Origin: an uncultured Chloroflexia bacterium
Lineage (GTDB): Bacteria; Chloroflexota; Limnocylindria; Limnocylindrales; CSP1-4
Direction: 5' to 3'
Length of the DNA stretch: 64,000 bases
Assembly (NCBI GenBank): GCA_963828165.1
Contig: CAWHDR010000001.1
Location: forward strand, 1,664,001 to 1,728,000
The notes below the pieces were generated by a model that was not told where the DNA came from, made no database searches, and saw only the letters and a program-made list of their open reading frames with translations. Shown here one piece after another: positions 33,960-43,580 of this stretch; positions within the stretch are counted from its first letter, which is position 1, and each line of letters starts with the position of its first letter. The translations under genes were made by a program, and so were the position numbers.

Positions 33960-35366
33960 ATGGCTCTTGCCCGCATCCCCGCCCACGATCCATCGACCCC
34001 GCTCGACGTCGCCGGCTTTGCCGCCGGCCTGGTCGGGACCGTCATCCGCCCCGAGGACCAGGCCTTCGAGACGGCGCGCCTTGTCCACAACCGGTCGATC
34101 GATCGTCGTCCATCGCTGATCGTCAAGGCGGCCAGCGCGGCCGATGTCGCGCGGACGGTCGTCTTCGCTCGAGACGCGGGCCTCGAGCTCGCGATCCGAG
34201 GCGGCTCGCACAGCCTGGCTGGCTTCGGCACGAGCGAGGGCGGGATCGTCCTCGACCTCAGCGGCATGAAAGGCCTGCACATCGACCCCGAGCGGCGTCT
34301 CGCGTGGGCCCAGGCCGGCCTCACCGCGGGCGAGTACACCGCGGCGGCGGCTGCCCACGGGCTGGCAACGCCATTCGGTGACACCGGCAGCGTCGGCCTG
34401 TCCGGCCTGACGCTCGGCGGCGGCATCGGATGGCTGGTCCGCAAGTACGGCCTGGCGATCGACGCGCTCGTCTCCGTCGAGATGGTCACGGCCGAAGGCC
34501 GCGTCATCACCGCGAGCGAGGACGAGAACCCCGACCTGTTCTGGGCGGTTCGCGGCGGCGGCGGCAACTTCGGCGTCGTGACGCGCTTCCAGTTCCGCCT
34601 CTATCCGGTCGGCATGATCTTCGGCGGCGCGCTGTTCATGCCGCCGACCCGCGAGGTCCTGCGCAGCCTCGGACCGATCGCGGCCAGCGCGCCGGATGCC
34701 CTCACGACGATCTCGATCCTGATGGCCGCTCCGCCCGCGCCGTTCATCCCGGCCGAGCTCCACGGCAAGCCGACCCTCGCGATCATGTTCGTCTTCGACG
34801 GCGACGCCGAGGCTGGGCAGGCGGCGATCGAGCCGTTCCGCCAGGTCGCCACGCCCTTGGCCGAGCTGGTCATGCCGATGCCGTATCCGGGCATCTACGA
34901 GATGCTCAAGGACGCCGAAAACCCGGCTCCTGCGGCTCACCGCTCGCTGTTCCTCGACACGCTGGACGACGCGGCGATCGACACGATCCTCGCGCACAGC
35001 GCGTCCGCGGCGTCGCCGGCCACGATGACCCAGATCCGGATCCTCGGTGGCGCGATGGCCGCCGTGCCGGCAGGTGCCACGGCGTTCGCCCATCGAGACG
35101 CCAAGGTCATGGTCATCATCATCACGCCGTACGAGGACGTCGCCGAGGGGCCGATCCACCAGGCGTACGTCCAGGCCTACTACGAGACACTCCGCCCCCG
35201 CGCGACGGGCGTCTACGCGAACTTCCTCGAGGACGAAGGCGAGTCCCGGGTCCACGAGGCGTATCCCGAGCTGACCTACCACCGCCTGGCCCAGGTCAAG
35301 CGCGACTATGACCCGACGAACCTCTTCCACCTGAACCAGAACATCCGCCCCGCCCCCGAGGCCTGA
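33960..35366 (+). CDS. FAD-binding oxidoreductase (berberine-bridge/BBE family)
   Basis: RGGSHS covalent-FAD His, GLTLGGGIG, LFWAVRGGGGNFGVVT, YDPTNLFHLNQNI; AAAGGA RBS. Confidence 0.92.
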   Translation: MALARIPAHDPSTPLDVAGFAAGLVGTVIRPEDQAFETARLVHNRSIDRRPSLIVKAASAADVARTVVFARDAGLELAIRGGSHSLAGFGTSEGGIVLDLSGMKGLHIDPERRLAWAQAGLTAGEYTAAAAAHGLATPFGDTGSVGLSGLTLGGGIGWLVRKYGLAIDALVSVEMVTAEGRVITASEDENPDLFWAVRGGGGNFGVVTRFQFRLYPVGMIFGGALFMPPTREVLRSLGPIAASAPDALTTISILMAAPPAPFIPAELHGKPTLAIMFVFDGDAEAGQAAIEPFRQVATPLAELVMPMPYPGIYEMLKDAENPAPAAHRSLFLDTLDDAAIDTILAHSASAASPATMTQIRILGGAMAAVPAGATAFAHRDAKVMVIIITPYEDVAEGPIHQAYVQAYYETLRPRATGVYANFLEDEGESRVHEAYPELTYHRLAQVKRDYDPTNLFHLNQNIRPAPEA

Positions 35367-35394
35367 CGGCTTCGCCTCCATCTCAGCCAATACC

Positions 35395-35428
35395 GGCGCC
35401 GGCGCTCTCCATCGGAGGCGCCGGCGCC
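35395..35428. terminator. GC-rich hairpin between convergent genes
   Basis: GGCGCCGGCGC-T-CTCC-ATC-GGAG-GCGCCGGCGCC. Confidence 0.6.
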
Positions 35429-35467
35429 TCCGCGTCCGCCCCGACACGCGCCAGCGACGGGACCCGC

Positions 35468-37285
35468 TCAGGGGTCCTGCGACAGGACGACGACACCGTA
35501 CGGCCCGACCGAGACGAGCGCGCTCTGGTCGAAGCCGTCCGATGGGTCGTCGTCCGTCTCGGTGTCGAACGCCTCGTGACCGCCGAAGTCCGCGGCGTAG
35601 TCGGGCGAATCCGAGTTCAGGCGGACCCGCCAGCGACCCGCGGCCGGCAAGCCCAGACGCACGTCGTCGACCACCCGGTCCGCGAAGTTGGCGACGACGA
35701 CCACGTCGTCGCCGGGCCCACCGTCGTGCCAGCGGTGGTAGGCGAGGAGCTTCGCCTTCTCGTCCGCCCGCAGGATCGCGATGTGCTCGCCGCGCAGCCC
35801 GCGCGTGGTGCCGCCACCGCCTCGCCGCAGCGCGATGAGGTCGTGGTGGAGTCGAAGGATCCCCACGTTGCTGCTGGCCTTCGTCCAATCGAGCGCCACG
35901 GTGTCGTCGAACCAGCGATCTTCGAGCAACTCCTGGCCTTGGAACAGCATCGGGATGCCGGGTGACGTCAGGACGAGCGCCGAGCCGAGCGTGGCCCGCT
36001 TCTCCGACCACCAGCTTCCGGCGTCGCCCGGCTTGATCGCCTCGGGCAGGCGTACCCGGTCGTTCGCGACGTCGTCGTGCGACTCCGTGTAGATCACCCG
36101 GGTCAGCGGCGCGCCGCGGCCCTCACCGGTGATGGCGGTGACCACATCCGCCATGGAGCGTTCGCGGTCGTCGCCGGTCTCGAGAGACGGCCGCACCCCA
36201 CGGATGAAGCGGATGTCCCACTGGGCCCCGAACCCGGCGCCGCCCTTGGCCGTGGGCGTCACGAGCTTCGTGTCGTCCTGGATGTCCTCGGCGATCGTGA
36301 GCTTCCACGGCTGGCGTGCCCGGATCTCGTCGTTGATCCAGCCCATGAACGACCAGCCATCGGGCAGCTCCGAGGCCGGGTCGCCGGGGACGCCGTCGAC
36401 CGTCCGGATGAACAACGTGGCGTCGAAGCGCAGGCCGTCGCACTGGAACTCCTCGAGCCAGGTCAACGCACTGTCACGCAGGAACGTGCGGACCTCGCCA
36501 CGGCCGTAGTCGGGTCGCGTCGATCCCCACGGGGTGATCGCCCGTTCGTCGTTGTAGAAGTAGATCCCGCCGCCGCCGTTCGCGCTCCAGCCGTCGAACC
36601 GCCACACGTCGAGATCGGTCGGCCCAAGGTGGTTGTAGACGACGTCGAGGATGACCGCGATGCCGTGCTCGTGGGCTGCCTTGATGAAGCGCTTGAACGC
36701 GTCGGGCCCGCCGTACCCGGATTCGATGGCGAACAGGTGGGCCGGGTTGTAGCCCCACGAGACGTCGCCGGCGAACTCGAAGGGCGGCATGATCTGGACC
36801 GCGCTCACGCCCAGGTCGCGCAGGTACGGCAGGCGCCTCGCCGCCCGGTCGAAGTCGCCGTGTCGATCCGGCCCGGCGTTGAACGTCCCGACATGCAGCT
36901 CGTAGATGACGAGATCGTCACGCGCCGGCATCTCGAACCAGTGGTCGTCCCAGTCGAACGCAGACGGGTCGTACACCACGGCGTTGCCGACCGAGCTCGT
37001 GACCTGCCGGGCATACGGATCGATCCGCCAGACCTCGTCGCCGTCCGCGGTCCTGATGCGGAAACGGTATTCGTCGCCCGGTCTGACGCCCTCGACGTCC
37101 GCCGACCACGTGCCGCTGGCCCCGTCCCCGTCCCGTGCCAGCGCCGTGGCCTCCGGCGCCCAGGCGTCATAGCTGCCGGTCACGAAGACCGCCTCGGCGT
37201 GCGGCGCCCAGACCCGGAACGTCGTCCCGCCACCGAACGGCAGCGCGCCCATCCCGGGGCGCGGCGATGGGGCGACCGCCCTCAC
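35468..37285 (-). CDS. GH13 alpha-amylase family glycosidase with CBM48 (GlgB/TreZ-like)
   Basis: FRVWAPHA, YELHVGTF, SWGYNP, LDVVYNH, DGLRFDA, IAED, ESHDD; GTGA overlap with upstream gene. Confidence 0.9.
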   Translation of the reverse strand: MRAVAPSPRPGMGALPFGGGTTFRVWAPHAEAVFVTGSYDAWAPEATALARDGDGASGTWSADVEGVRPGDEYRFRIRTADGDEVWRIDPYARQVTSSVGNAVVYDPSAFDWDDHWFEMPARDDLVIYELHVGTFNAGPDRHGDFDRAARRLPYLRDLGVSAVQIMPPFEFAGDVSWGYNPAHLFAIESGYGGPDAFKRFIKAAHEHGIAVILDVVYNHLGPTDLDVWRFDGWSANGGGGIYFYNDERAITPWGSTRPDYGRGEVRTFLRDSALTWLEEFQCDGLRFDATLFIRTVDGVPGDPASELPDGWSFMGWINDEIRARQPWKLTIAEDIQDDTKLVTPTAKGGAGFGAQWDIRFIRGVRPSLETGDDRERSMADVVTAITGEGRGAPLTRVIYTESHDDVANDRVRLPEAIKPGDAGSWWSEKRATLGSALVLTSPGIPMLFQGQELLEDRWFDDTVALDWTKASSNVGILRLHHDLIALRRGGGGTTRGLRGEHIAILRADEKAKLLAYHRWHDGGPGDDVVVVANFADRVVDDVRLGLPAAGRWRVRLNSDSPDYAADFGGHEAFDTETDDDPSDGFDQSALVSVGPYGVVVLSQDP

Positions 37286-37626
37286 TTGGCGGGCAGGGTC
37301 TTGCCGAACTCGATCGCGCGCGCCAGCCACCCGTCGAGCGCCGCATCGTCCGCGACGACGTCTGGCGGGAGGGTCGCGTAGCCCTTCATCGTCCGTCCTG
37401 GCATCGGGCTGAAGGGTGTCGCGCCCGGGACGGTCAGGAGCTCGGCGAGGTCGCTCTCGGGGAGCCGGATCATCCATGTATCGGCGAACAACCCGGTGAC
37501 GAGGTTGCCGCCCACGAACAGCGCCGGATAGCCGAACATCTTCCGACGCTGGGCTTCGGGAACGCGCTCGGCCACGGAATCGAACCGCGCGATGAGCTCG
37601 GGTGGTGATTTCTCGAACGACGGCAT
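37282..37626 (-). CDS. TfoX/Sxy N-terminal domain protein
   Basis: RKMFGYPALFVGGNL, PMPGRTMKGY, LPAK end; GAGGAG RBS. Confidence 0.85.
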   Translation of the reverse strand: MPSFEKSPPELIARFDSVAERVPEAQRRKMFGYPALFVGGNLVTGLFADTWMIRLPESDLAELLTVPGATPFSPMPGRTMKGYATLPPDVVADDAALDGWLARAIEFGKTLPAK

Positions 37627-37690
37627 GGCGCTCCTCGCGGAACCGCTGCGGCGTCAGTGCCGCACCCCTAGCGTAGGCGGTCGAAGTGCC

Positions 37691-38443
37691 CTAGCGTGCG
37701 GCGGACCAGACCCTGAGATCGGTCTTGTACGGCAGCACCAGGACGTACTTGCCGCCGAGCGTGGTCGGCTGGCCGCCGAGCTGGTTGCGCGACCGGCGCG
37801 GCACGAACTGACGCCCGAGTTCGCTCACCGCGAGCGCCTCGCCTGGTCGCGGGCTCCGCCCCCAGACCGCGTTCCCATGCGGGTACAGCGGGTCGTGGAC
37901 GATGGCCCGCGTGACCCGGAAGTCGTTGGTCGTGCCCGGGTCGCCGGTGGCCTCGAAGCCGCTCATCACCCAGGCGTGCCGGCCGCGCCAGACCAGCAGC
38001 CCGACCGGCCTGCCGGTGGCCTCGATCGCCTCGGCCGCGGTGCGCATCGCCTGCGCGAGCGTCCTCGTGCCGACGAGCCGGTATGGGCCGGCACCCAGGA
38101 TATTCAGGCCCGCTGCCCATCCGCGGACGCTGGCGCCCTGGCGCTGTCGACCGTCGGGTCGGGATCCGCTCCAGGCTCGAGCGAGCTTCTGGAGCTGGAG
38201 CTGCCGCGCGGCCGACCGATCGCGCCCGGGCTCGATCATGTTCAGCATCATCTGCATGCTCGCGCCGACGCACTGGACGAAGTTGGTCTGCGCGACGAAA
38301 TCGGCCCCCTCCGACACGTCGAGCGTGAAGCGGGTCGCGCCCTGCGCCGAAACAGGCCCGAGCGCGACGAGCAGGGCGCCGGCGAGGGCCAACGCGGCGA
38401 CGTGGCGACGCGGGCGTCGGGAGGTCGTGTGGAACGTCGTCAT
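37691..38443 (-). CDS. Secreted protein with papain-like (C39-like) Cys-His-Asp motifs
   Basis: Signal peptide; QTNFVQCVGAS, RHAWV, VHDP. Confidence 0.6.
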   Translation of the reverse strand: MTTFHTTSRRPRRHVAALALAGALLVALGPVSAQGATRFTLDVSEGADFVAQTNFVQCVGASMQMMLNMIEPGRDRSAARQLQLQKLARAWSGSRPDGRQRQGASVRGWAAGLNILGAGPYRLVGTRTLAQAMRTAAEAIEATGRPVGLLVWRGRHAWVMSGFEATGDPGTTNDFRVTRAIVHDPLYPHGNAVWGRSPRPGEALAVSELGRQFVPRRSRNQLGGQPTTLGGKYVLVLPYKTDLRVWSAAR

Positions 38444-38521
38444 CACGTCAACGATACGTCGAGATGGCAAGAGAGGTTCTGGTTCCCTGGTGCTCGGTGC
38501 GCGGGACGGTCGTCGGATGGC

Positions 38522-39442
38522 TCAGATGCCCTCGATCCGGCGCGGTGCGAGCCGGGGTCCGTAGCGCGGCGGGGCCCATCCGCTGAGCTCGAGCAACCGG
38601 ATGACGAGCGCGCGCCGTCCGCGATATGGCTCGAGCAGCTCCAGCATCCGGGCGTCGTTCGCGCGCGGCTCGCCGGCGAGCACCCAGGCCACCAGGCTCG
38701 GGATATGGAAGTCGCCGACGCTCACCGCATCGTCGTCCCCGAGCGCCCGTACGGCCACCTCGGCGGCTGTCCACGGGCCGATGCCCGGTACGGCCACCAG
38801 CCGGGCGTACGCCTCGGGCAGCGGCAGATCGACGATCGCCTCGAACCACGCCGCCCGCGCCGCGACGGCTCGGATCAGCTCGGCGCGCCGCCGTTCGAGC
38901 CCGAGCGGGTGGTAGGCGTAGTAGGGGAGCGCGGCCAGCGTCGCGGGTGCGGGCAGCAGCCGCAGGCCCAGATCCGGGCCCGGTGGCCGCGGCGCTGGCT
39001 CGCCGTGCTGGCGGACCAGCGCGTGCCAGACTCGATGGGCCTCTGAGCCCGTCACCTTCTGTTCGACGATTGCGGCGACGAGCGCCTCGAAGACCGCCTC
39101 GGTGCGCAGCGTGCGGACGCCCGGGAGGCGTCGCGCCAGTCCGGAGATGCGGGCGTGATCGGCGTCCGTCAATGCCCCGGTCGCCGGTCTCCGCGGCTCC
39201 AGCCCGACCAGCCGGCCCGCTCGCTCCAGGACGATCTCTGCACCGGGGCCCCATGCCTCCGTGGTGAGGGCATCGGCGGCCACGGACAGGTGCAGCGTCG
39301 CCGGCCCCGCGGCGGTCCGCGTGGTCCACCACGCCTCCCGCGAGGCGACCCTGATCGTCCGGTCGCCATGTCCGCGAACGAGCGGCGACATCGTGCGAGC
39401 GAGGTCCAGGGGACCGTCGAGCGGAAGCACGCGCCGGGTCAT
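38522..39442 (-). CDS. DNA-3-methyladenine glycosylase II family (AlkA-like HhH-GPD)
   Basis: FEALVAAIVEQKV, VPGIGPWTA, VGDFHIP. Confidence 0.88.
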   Translation of the reverse strand: MTRRVLPLDGPLDLARTMSPLVRGHGDRTIRVASREAWWTTRTAAGPATLHLSVAADALTTEAWGPGAEIVLERAGRLVGLEPRRPATGALTDADHARISGLARRLPGVRTLRTEAVFEALVAAIVEQKVTGSEAHRVWHALVRQHGEPAPRPPGPDLGLRLLPAPATLAALPYYAYHPLGLERRRAELIRAVAARAAWFEAIVDLPLPEAYARLVAVPGIGPWTAAEVAVRALGDDDAVSVGDFHIPSLVAWVLAGEPRANDARMLELLEPYRGRRALVIRLLELSGWAPPRYGPRLAPRRIEGI

Positions 39443-39528
39443 CCGGCGAGTCTGGCATGGTTTCGAAATGGTCCGCTGCGGGGGCGCAATCCCTGGTTCG
39501 GGCGGAACGATGGTACGGTTCACGAGAC

Positions 39529-40128
39529 GTGCGACGCCCCAAGGTCGTCGCGATCGCTGCGCTCATCGCCGCGTTCGCCACGGTCGCCGTCCCCGGATCG
39601 GCGGGTTCACGGGCCCCCAGCCCGTATACGACCCCCTCTGCGGATCTCTTCGCTTCAGTGGAGATCGCGGCTGTCCGCGGGCCGGTGATGACGCCCTCGC
39701 CCCTTGATCCAGGGGCCCGTTCCGATGGGAACCTGGACCACGGCTCGACATTGTTCGAGCCAGCTCTCAGCGATGAGCCGCCAGAGGCTCGGCCGCCGGC
39801 TGCCCAGCCCAAGGCGCAGGCCGGGACCATCAAGAAGAACACGTGGCGGCTCGATTCCAACGTGTCCTGGTATGGCCCGGGCTTCTACGGCAAGCGAACG
39901 GCCTGCGGTCAGGCCATGACCGAATCGCTCGTCGGCGTGGCGCACCGGACCCTTCCATGTGGCACGAGGATCAGCTTCAAGAACCCGTCGAACGGCCGCA
40001 TCGTCACCGCCCCGGTCGTGGATCGTGGGCCGTATGTGTCGGGTCGCCAATGGGACCTGACGGGTGGGCTGTGCCTGAAGCTCGGGCATTGCTACACGGG
40101 TTCGATCGCCTGGAAGTACGCGCGCTAA
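39529..40128 (+). CDS. RlpA-like double-psi beta-barrel protein
   Basis: Signal peptide; SWYGPGFYGKRTACG, AHRTLPCGT, VVDRGPY. Confidence 0.88.
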   Translation: MRRPKVVAIAALIAAFATVAVPGSAGSRAPSPYTTPSADLFASVEIAAVRGPVMTPSPLDPGARSDGNLDHGSTLFEPALSDEPPEARPPAAQPKAQAGTIKKNTWRLDSNVSWYGPGFYGKRTACGQAMTESLVGVAHRTLPCGTRISFKNPSNGRIVTAPVVDRGPYVSGRQWDLTGGLCLKLGHCYTGSIAWKYAR

Positions 40129-40580
40129 GTCGTTTCACGTCCCAGCTCGTTCGGTTCCCAGCCGTCGGGCGCCAGCTCGAAGCCCGCGAAGTCGAAGGCC
40201 GGGCTGACGATGCACCCGACGAGCGTCCACGCCCCGAGCGGACGCGCGGCCTGCCAGGCGCCCGCCGGCACGACCACCTGGGGAACGCCCGCATCGTCCG
40301 TCGTCCCGTCGCCCAGGCGGTGGGTCATGACGGGCGTTCCCTCACCTGCCCAGATCCGCAGCTCGAGCGGGTCACCCGCCGAGAACTGCCAGATCTCCGC
40401 CGCGTCGACACGGTGCCAATGCGATCGTTCGCCAGCGGCGAGCAGGTACAGGATCGCGCTGGCGCTCGGGCGCCCGCCGTCTTCGAAGGGGGCCCGCCAG
40501 GTCTCCGCGTACCAGCCGCCCTCGGGGTGCTGGGACAGGCCGAGATGCTCGATGACGGCCGTAGCCGTGGTGCTTGCCAA
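40125..40580 (-). CDS. Cupin (DUF985 / Cupin_5) protein
   Basis: HPEGGWYAETWR, SHWHRVDAAEIW, WQAA, VSPAFDFAGFEL. Confidence 0.9.
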   Translation of the reverse strand: MASTTATAVIEHLGLSQHPEGGWYAETWRAPFEDGGRPSASAILYLLAAGERSHWHRVDAAEIWQFSAGDPLELRIWAGEGTPVMTHRLGDGTTDDAGVPQVVVPAGAWQAARPLGAWTLVGCIVSPAFDFAGFELAPDGWEPNELGRETT

Positions 40581-40615
40581 TGGCGGACTCCGCGTGCTCG
40601 GTTCGGGAACCTAGG

Positions 40616-41530
40616 CTAGCGGCTGCCGGCTCGCGCAGTCTCGATGAGGCGACGAGTCGCGGCGATCACCATGTCGGGCCGGTCGATCTGGATCAGGTGA
40701 CCCGCGCCCCACGCCAGCTCGAAGCGGACCCGGCCCGGCGAAAGGGACTCGTAAGCCGCGACGATGGCCTCGGCAAACGCCTCGTTGGTGGCCGCGTCCA
40801 CGCGTGGCTCACCGCGAGGGGCCCGGAGGACTTCGATCGGGAGGCCGGCGACCGACGCCGCGCGCAGCTCCTGTTCCGATGCCGCCCAGTCCAGGTCCTC
40901 GACGTGCGCCACGATGGCGCGCAGTCCGTCCATGTTCGCCTGGTACTCCGGGAGCAATGCCGGGCCTAGCATCGGATGGATCCAGTCTGAATGAAGGTCC
41001 GGATCGAACGTGTCCACGAGCACGAGCCCGACCACCTCGTCGCCGTACCGACCACCGAACACCCGGACGTAGTCACCGCCGTGCGAGTGGCCGACCAGCA
41101 CGAACGGCGGCACCTCACCGGCGGTCGCGAGGGTGCGTCGGAGGTCGTCCACGGTGTCGACGAGGGTATGCCGCCCGCGCGGATCGCTCGAGCCGCGGCC
41201 CGGCCGGTCGTAGGCGCAGGTCCGGGTGGTATTCGCCAGCTCGCCGAACACGGTGCTCCAGGAACCCGCGCCACTGCCCATCCCGGCTTCGAGGACGACC
41301 GTCGGCGAGCCTGCACCTCGGCAGTCGAGGTACAGCGACCGGCCGCCGATATCGACGCGCTCGCCGAGCGGCACGTACGGGGCGGGCAGGCCGTGCAGGG
41401 CAAGCCAGGTGGCCGGCCCGCCGCTCCGCACGACGTCGACGGCGAGCGCGAGGGCCAGACCAGCGAGGACCGCCAACCCTCCGCGGACGATCCGCGCGCG
41501 CGTACTGGTCGGCTGGCGGTCTCGGCGCAT
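40616..41530 (-). CDS. Alpha/beta hydrolase with N-terminal TM
   Basis: YDRPGRGSS, GHSHGG nucleophile elbow, AGHLIQ. Confidence 0.88.
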   Translation of the reverse strand: MRRDRQPTSTRARIVRGGLAVLAGLALALAVDVVRSGGPATWLALHGLPAPYVPLGERVDIGGRSLYLDCRGAGSPTVVLEAGMGSGAGSWSTVFGELANTTRTCAYDRPGRGSSDPRGRHTLVDTVDDLRRTLATAGEVPPFVLVGHSHGGDYVRVFGGRYGDEVVGLVLVDTFDPDLHSDWIHPMLGPALLPEYQANMDGLRAIVAHVEDLDWAASEQELRAASVAGLPIEVLRAPRGEPRVDAATNEAFAEAIVAAYESLSPGRVRFELAWGAGHLIQIDRPDMVIAATRRLIETARAGSR

Positions 41531-41548
41531 GCGCTTTACCGTAGCGGC
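41531..41548. promoter_or_regulatory. Bidirectional -10 element between two divergent leaderless genes
   Basis: TACCGT (+, 41537-42) 6 nt before ATG 41549; TACGGT (-, 41543-38) 7 nt before ATG 41530. Confidence 0.65.
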
Positions 41549-41818
41549 ATGTGCCGAAGCATCAAGACCCTCCGTCGCCCGGGCGAAACGGCGACGACGG
41601 GCGAACTGGAGGCCGCCGCCCGCCAGTACGTCCGCAAGCTCAGCGGCTATCGCGAGCCGAGTGCTCGCAACCAGGAGGCGTTCGAGGCCGCGGTCGCTGA
41701 GATCGCGCACGCGTCTCGCCACCTGGTCGAGTCGATCGGCGTCCCCGTCGAAGAGGGCCCGAACCGCTGGACCCCAGGCAGCGGACAGGCCCGCATGCGA
41801 CCGCGCGTCCTGGCGTGA
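41549..41818 (+). CDS. DUF2277 family protein
   Basis: MCRSIKTLR..AAARQYVRKLSG..N.EAFEAAV signature. Confidence 0.85.
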   Translation: MCRSIKTLRRPGETATTGELEAAARQYVRKLSGYREPSARNQEAFEAAVAEIAHASRHLVESIGVPVEEGPNRWTPGSGQARMRPRVLA

Positions 41819-43074
41819 CCAGCCGGGCTGAGGCGACCAGCCCGGTCACCTCCGCACCATGGTGGGTGCGCCCCGGCCTCGACATCGACGAAGACGGGCG
41901 GTTGCGGATCGCCGGTGCGGATCCGGAGACGCTGGCCCGAGAGCACGGGACGCCGTTGTTCGTCTACGACCGGGCGCGCTTCGCCGAGCACGCTCGACAC
42001 ATCCAGGCGGCGTTCGCCGCCACCGGCCTCCCGTTCCGGCTGCGCTTCGCGCTGAAGGCCAACCCGCTGCCCGAAGTCCTCGCGGTGTTTCGGGGGCTCG
42101 GGCCGCCCGGCGCGCCGGAGAGCGTCGGCATCGATGCCTGCTCGCCCGGCGAGGTCCTGCGCGCGCTCGAATGCGGGTGGTCGCCGGACGAGATCAGCTA
42201 CACGGGCACGAATGTCTCGGAGCGCGACCTGGACGTGCTCCTCGCCCATGGCATCCATTGCAACCTGGACGCGCTCAGCCAGATCGACCGATACGGCCGA
42301 CGCGCGCCCGGGTCGCGGATCGGGATCCGCATCGACCCCGGAGCCGGCGTCGGCTACAACGAGCACCTCGAGTACAGCGGTGCGCGGCCGATGAAGTTCG
42401 GCGTCGGGCTCGAGCGGCTGGACGAGGCCATCGAGATCGCCGCTCGCCACGACCTCGCCGTCGATACCGTCCACTTCCATGCCGGCTCCGGTTGGCTGCG
42501 GGACGGGCTGCCGGGGTTCGAGCGGGCGCTCCCGGCCGCGGTCCAGGCCGTCGAGCGGCTGCGCGCGGCGGGACACGAAGTCGTCGAGGTGAACGTGGGC
42601 GGTGGGCTCGGGATGCCGGCCCGCGCGGACGAGCATCCCATCGATCTGGACGCATACGCGGCGGTCGTGGCCCGCCACCTCGGTCCGCTTGGGGTGATCG
42701 TCAGCGCCGAGCCCGGCGATCACCTGTCAAAGGACGCGGCGATCCTGCTTGGTGAAGTGGTCACGGTCGAGACGCGCCGCGGGGTCACGTTCGTCGGGCT
42801 CGATATCGGCTGGAACGTGAACTGCGCCTACTTCATCTATGGCTTCGCCCAGGAGCTCGTGCTGTGCCGCGATGCGGCAGCCTCCCGGACGAAGACCGTG
42901 ACGGTGGCCGGCCACATCAACGAGGCGAGCGACGTCTTCGCCGCCGACTATCCGATGCCGCCGGTCCGCGAGGGCGACATGGTCGCGTTGCTCAATGCCG
43001 GCGGCTACCTCCAGGCGATGAGCTCGACCCACTGCCTGCGACCGATGGGCGAGGCCGTCTTCCTGGACCGCTAA
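41815..43074 (+). CDS. lysA: Diaminopimelate decarboxylase-like group IV PLP decarboxylase
   Basis: GTPLFVYD, FALKAN, KFG, HFHAGS, NVGGGLG, EPG; usual catalytic CE motif appears as NE. Confidence 0.7.
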   Translation: MTSRAEATSPVTSAPWWVRPGLDIDEDGRLRIAGADPETLAREHGTPLFVYDRARFAEHARHIQAAFAATGLPFRLRFALKANPLPEVLAVFRGLGPPGAPESVGIDACSPGEVLRALECGWSPDEISYTGTNVSERDLDVLLAHGIHCNLDALSQIDRYGRRAPGSRIGIRIDPGAGVGYNEHLEYSGARPMKFGVGLERLDEAIEIAARHDLAVDTVHFHAGSGWLRDGLPGFERALPAAVQAVERLRAAGHEVVEVNVGGGLGMPARADEHPIDLDAYAAVVARHLGPLGVIVSAEPGDHLSKDAAILLGEVVTVETRRGVTFVGLDIGWNVNCAYFIYGFAQELVLCRDAAASRTKTVTVAGHINEASDVFAADYPMPPVREGDMVALLNAGGYLQAMSSTHCLRPMGEAVFLDR

Positions 43075-43529
43075 TCGGCGTCGAGCGCGCCCCAGCTGGT
43101 GCCGCGCTCGACCTCGATCGCGATCATCGGGCTCGACTCCAATTTGTGTGTCGCGTACTGCGGGTACTTGTCCCGCAGGCGTCGGACGACATCCGTCGGC
43201 ACGTCAGCCGGCTCCAGGGGGGTCGCCCGGCCGTTGAGCCGGAGCCAACCGAGGCGGGACCAGTCCTCGTCCCAGCGCTCGACGAGGACGCTGACCTCCG
43301 GACGCTCTCGGATGTCGCGGACGCGGGCGAGATCCCGCTTGTCGTCGACGGCTTTCGGCTTGTCGTCGAGTGGCGTCAGCAAGCGGAGGTGGGCCGGATC
43401 GGCGGCCTCCACGATGAAGCAGATCGGGACTGGCCTAGGTCGGCCGTCCGGGTCGATCGTCGCGAGGATCGCCCAGCGCGCGGCGACCAGGAACGCGAGC
43501 TCTCGGGTGTCCAGGGGGGCATTGGGCAT
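43071..43529 (-). CDS. PPOX-class (pyridoxamine oxidase-like, probably F420-dependent) protein
   Basis: LATIDPDGRP, DDKPK, LARVRDI, DEDWSRLGW, KYPQY; GGAGG RBS. Confidence 0.82.
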   Translation of the reverse strand: MPNAPLDTRELAFLVAARWAILATIDPDGRPRPVPICFIVEAADPAHLRLLTPLDDKPKAVDDKRDLARVRDIRERPEVSVLVERWDEDWSRLGWLRLNGRATPLEPADVPTDVVRRLRDKYPQYATHKLESSPMIAIEVERGTSWGALDAD

Positions 43530-43580
43530 CGGCGCCTCCAATGATGCGCCACCGACCGCGCCCGGTCCTACACTCCGAGC

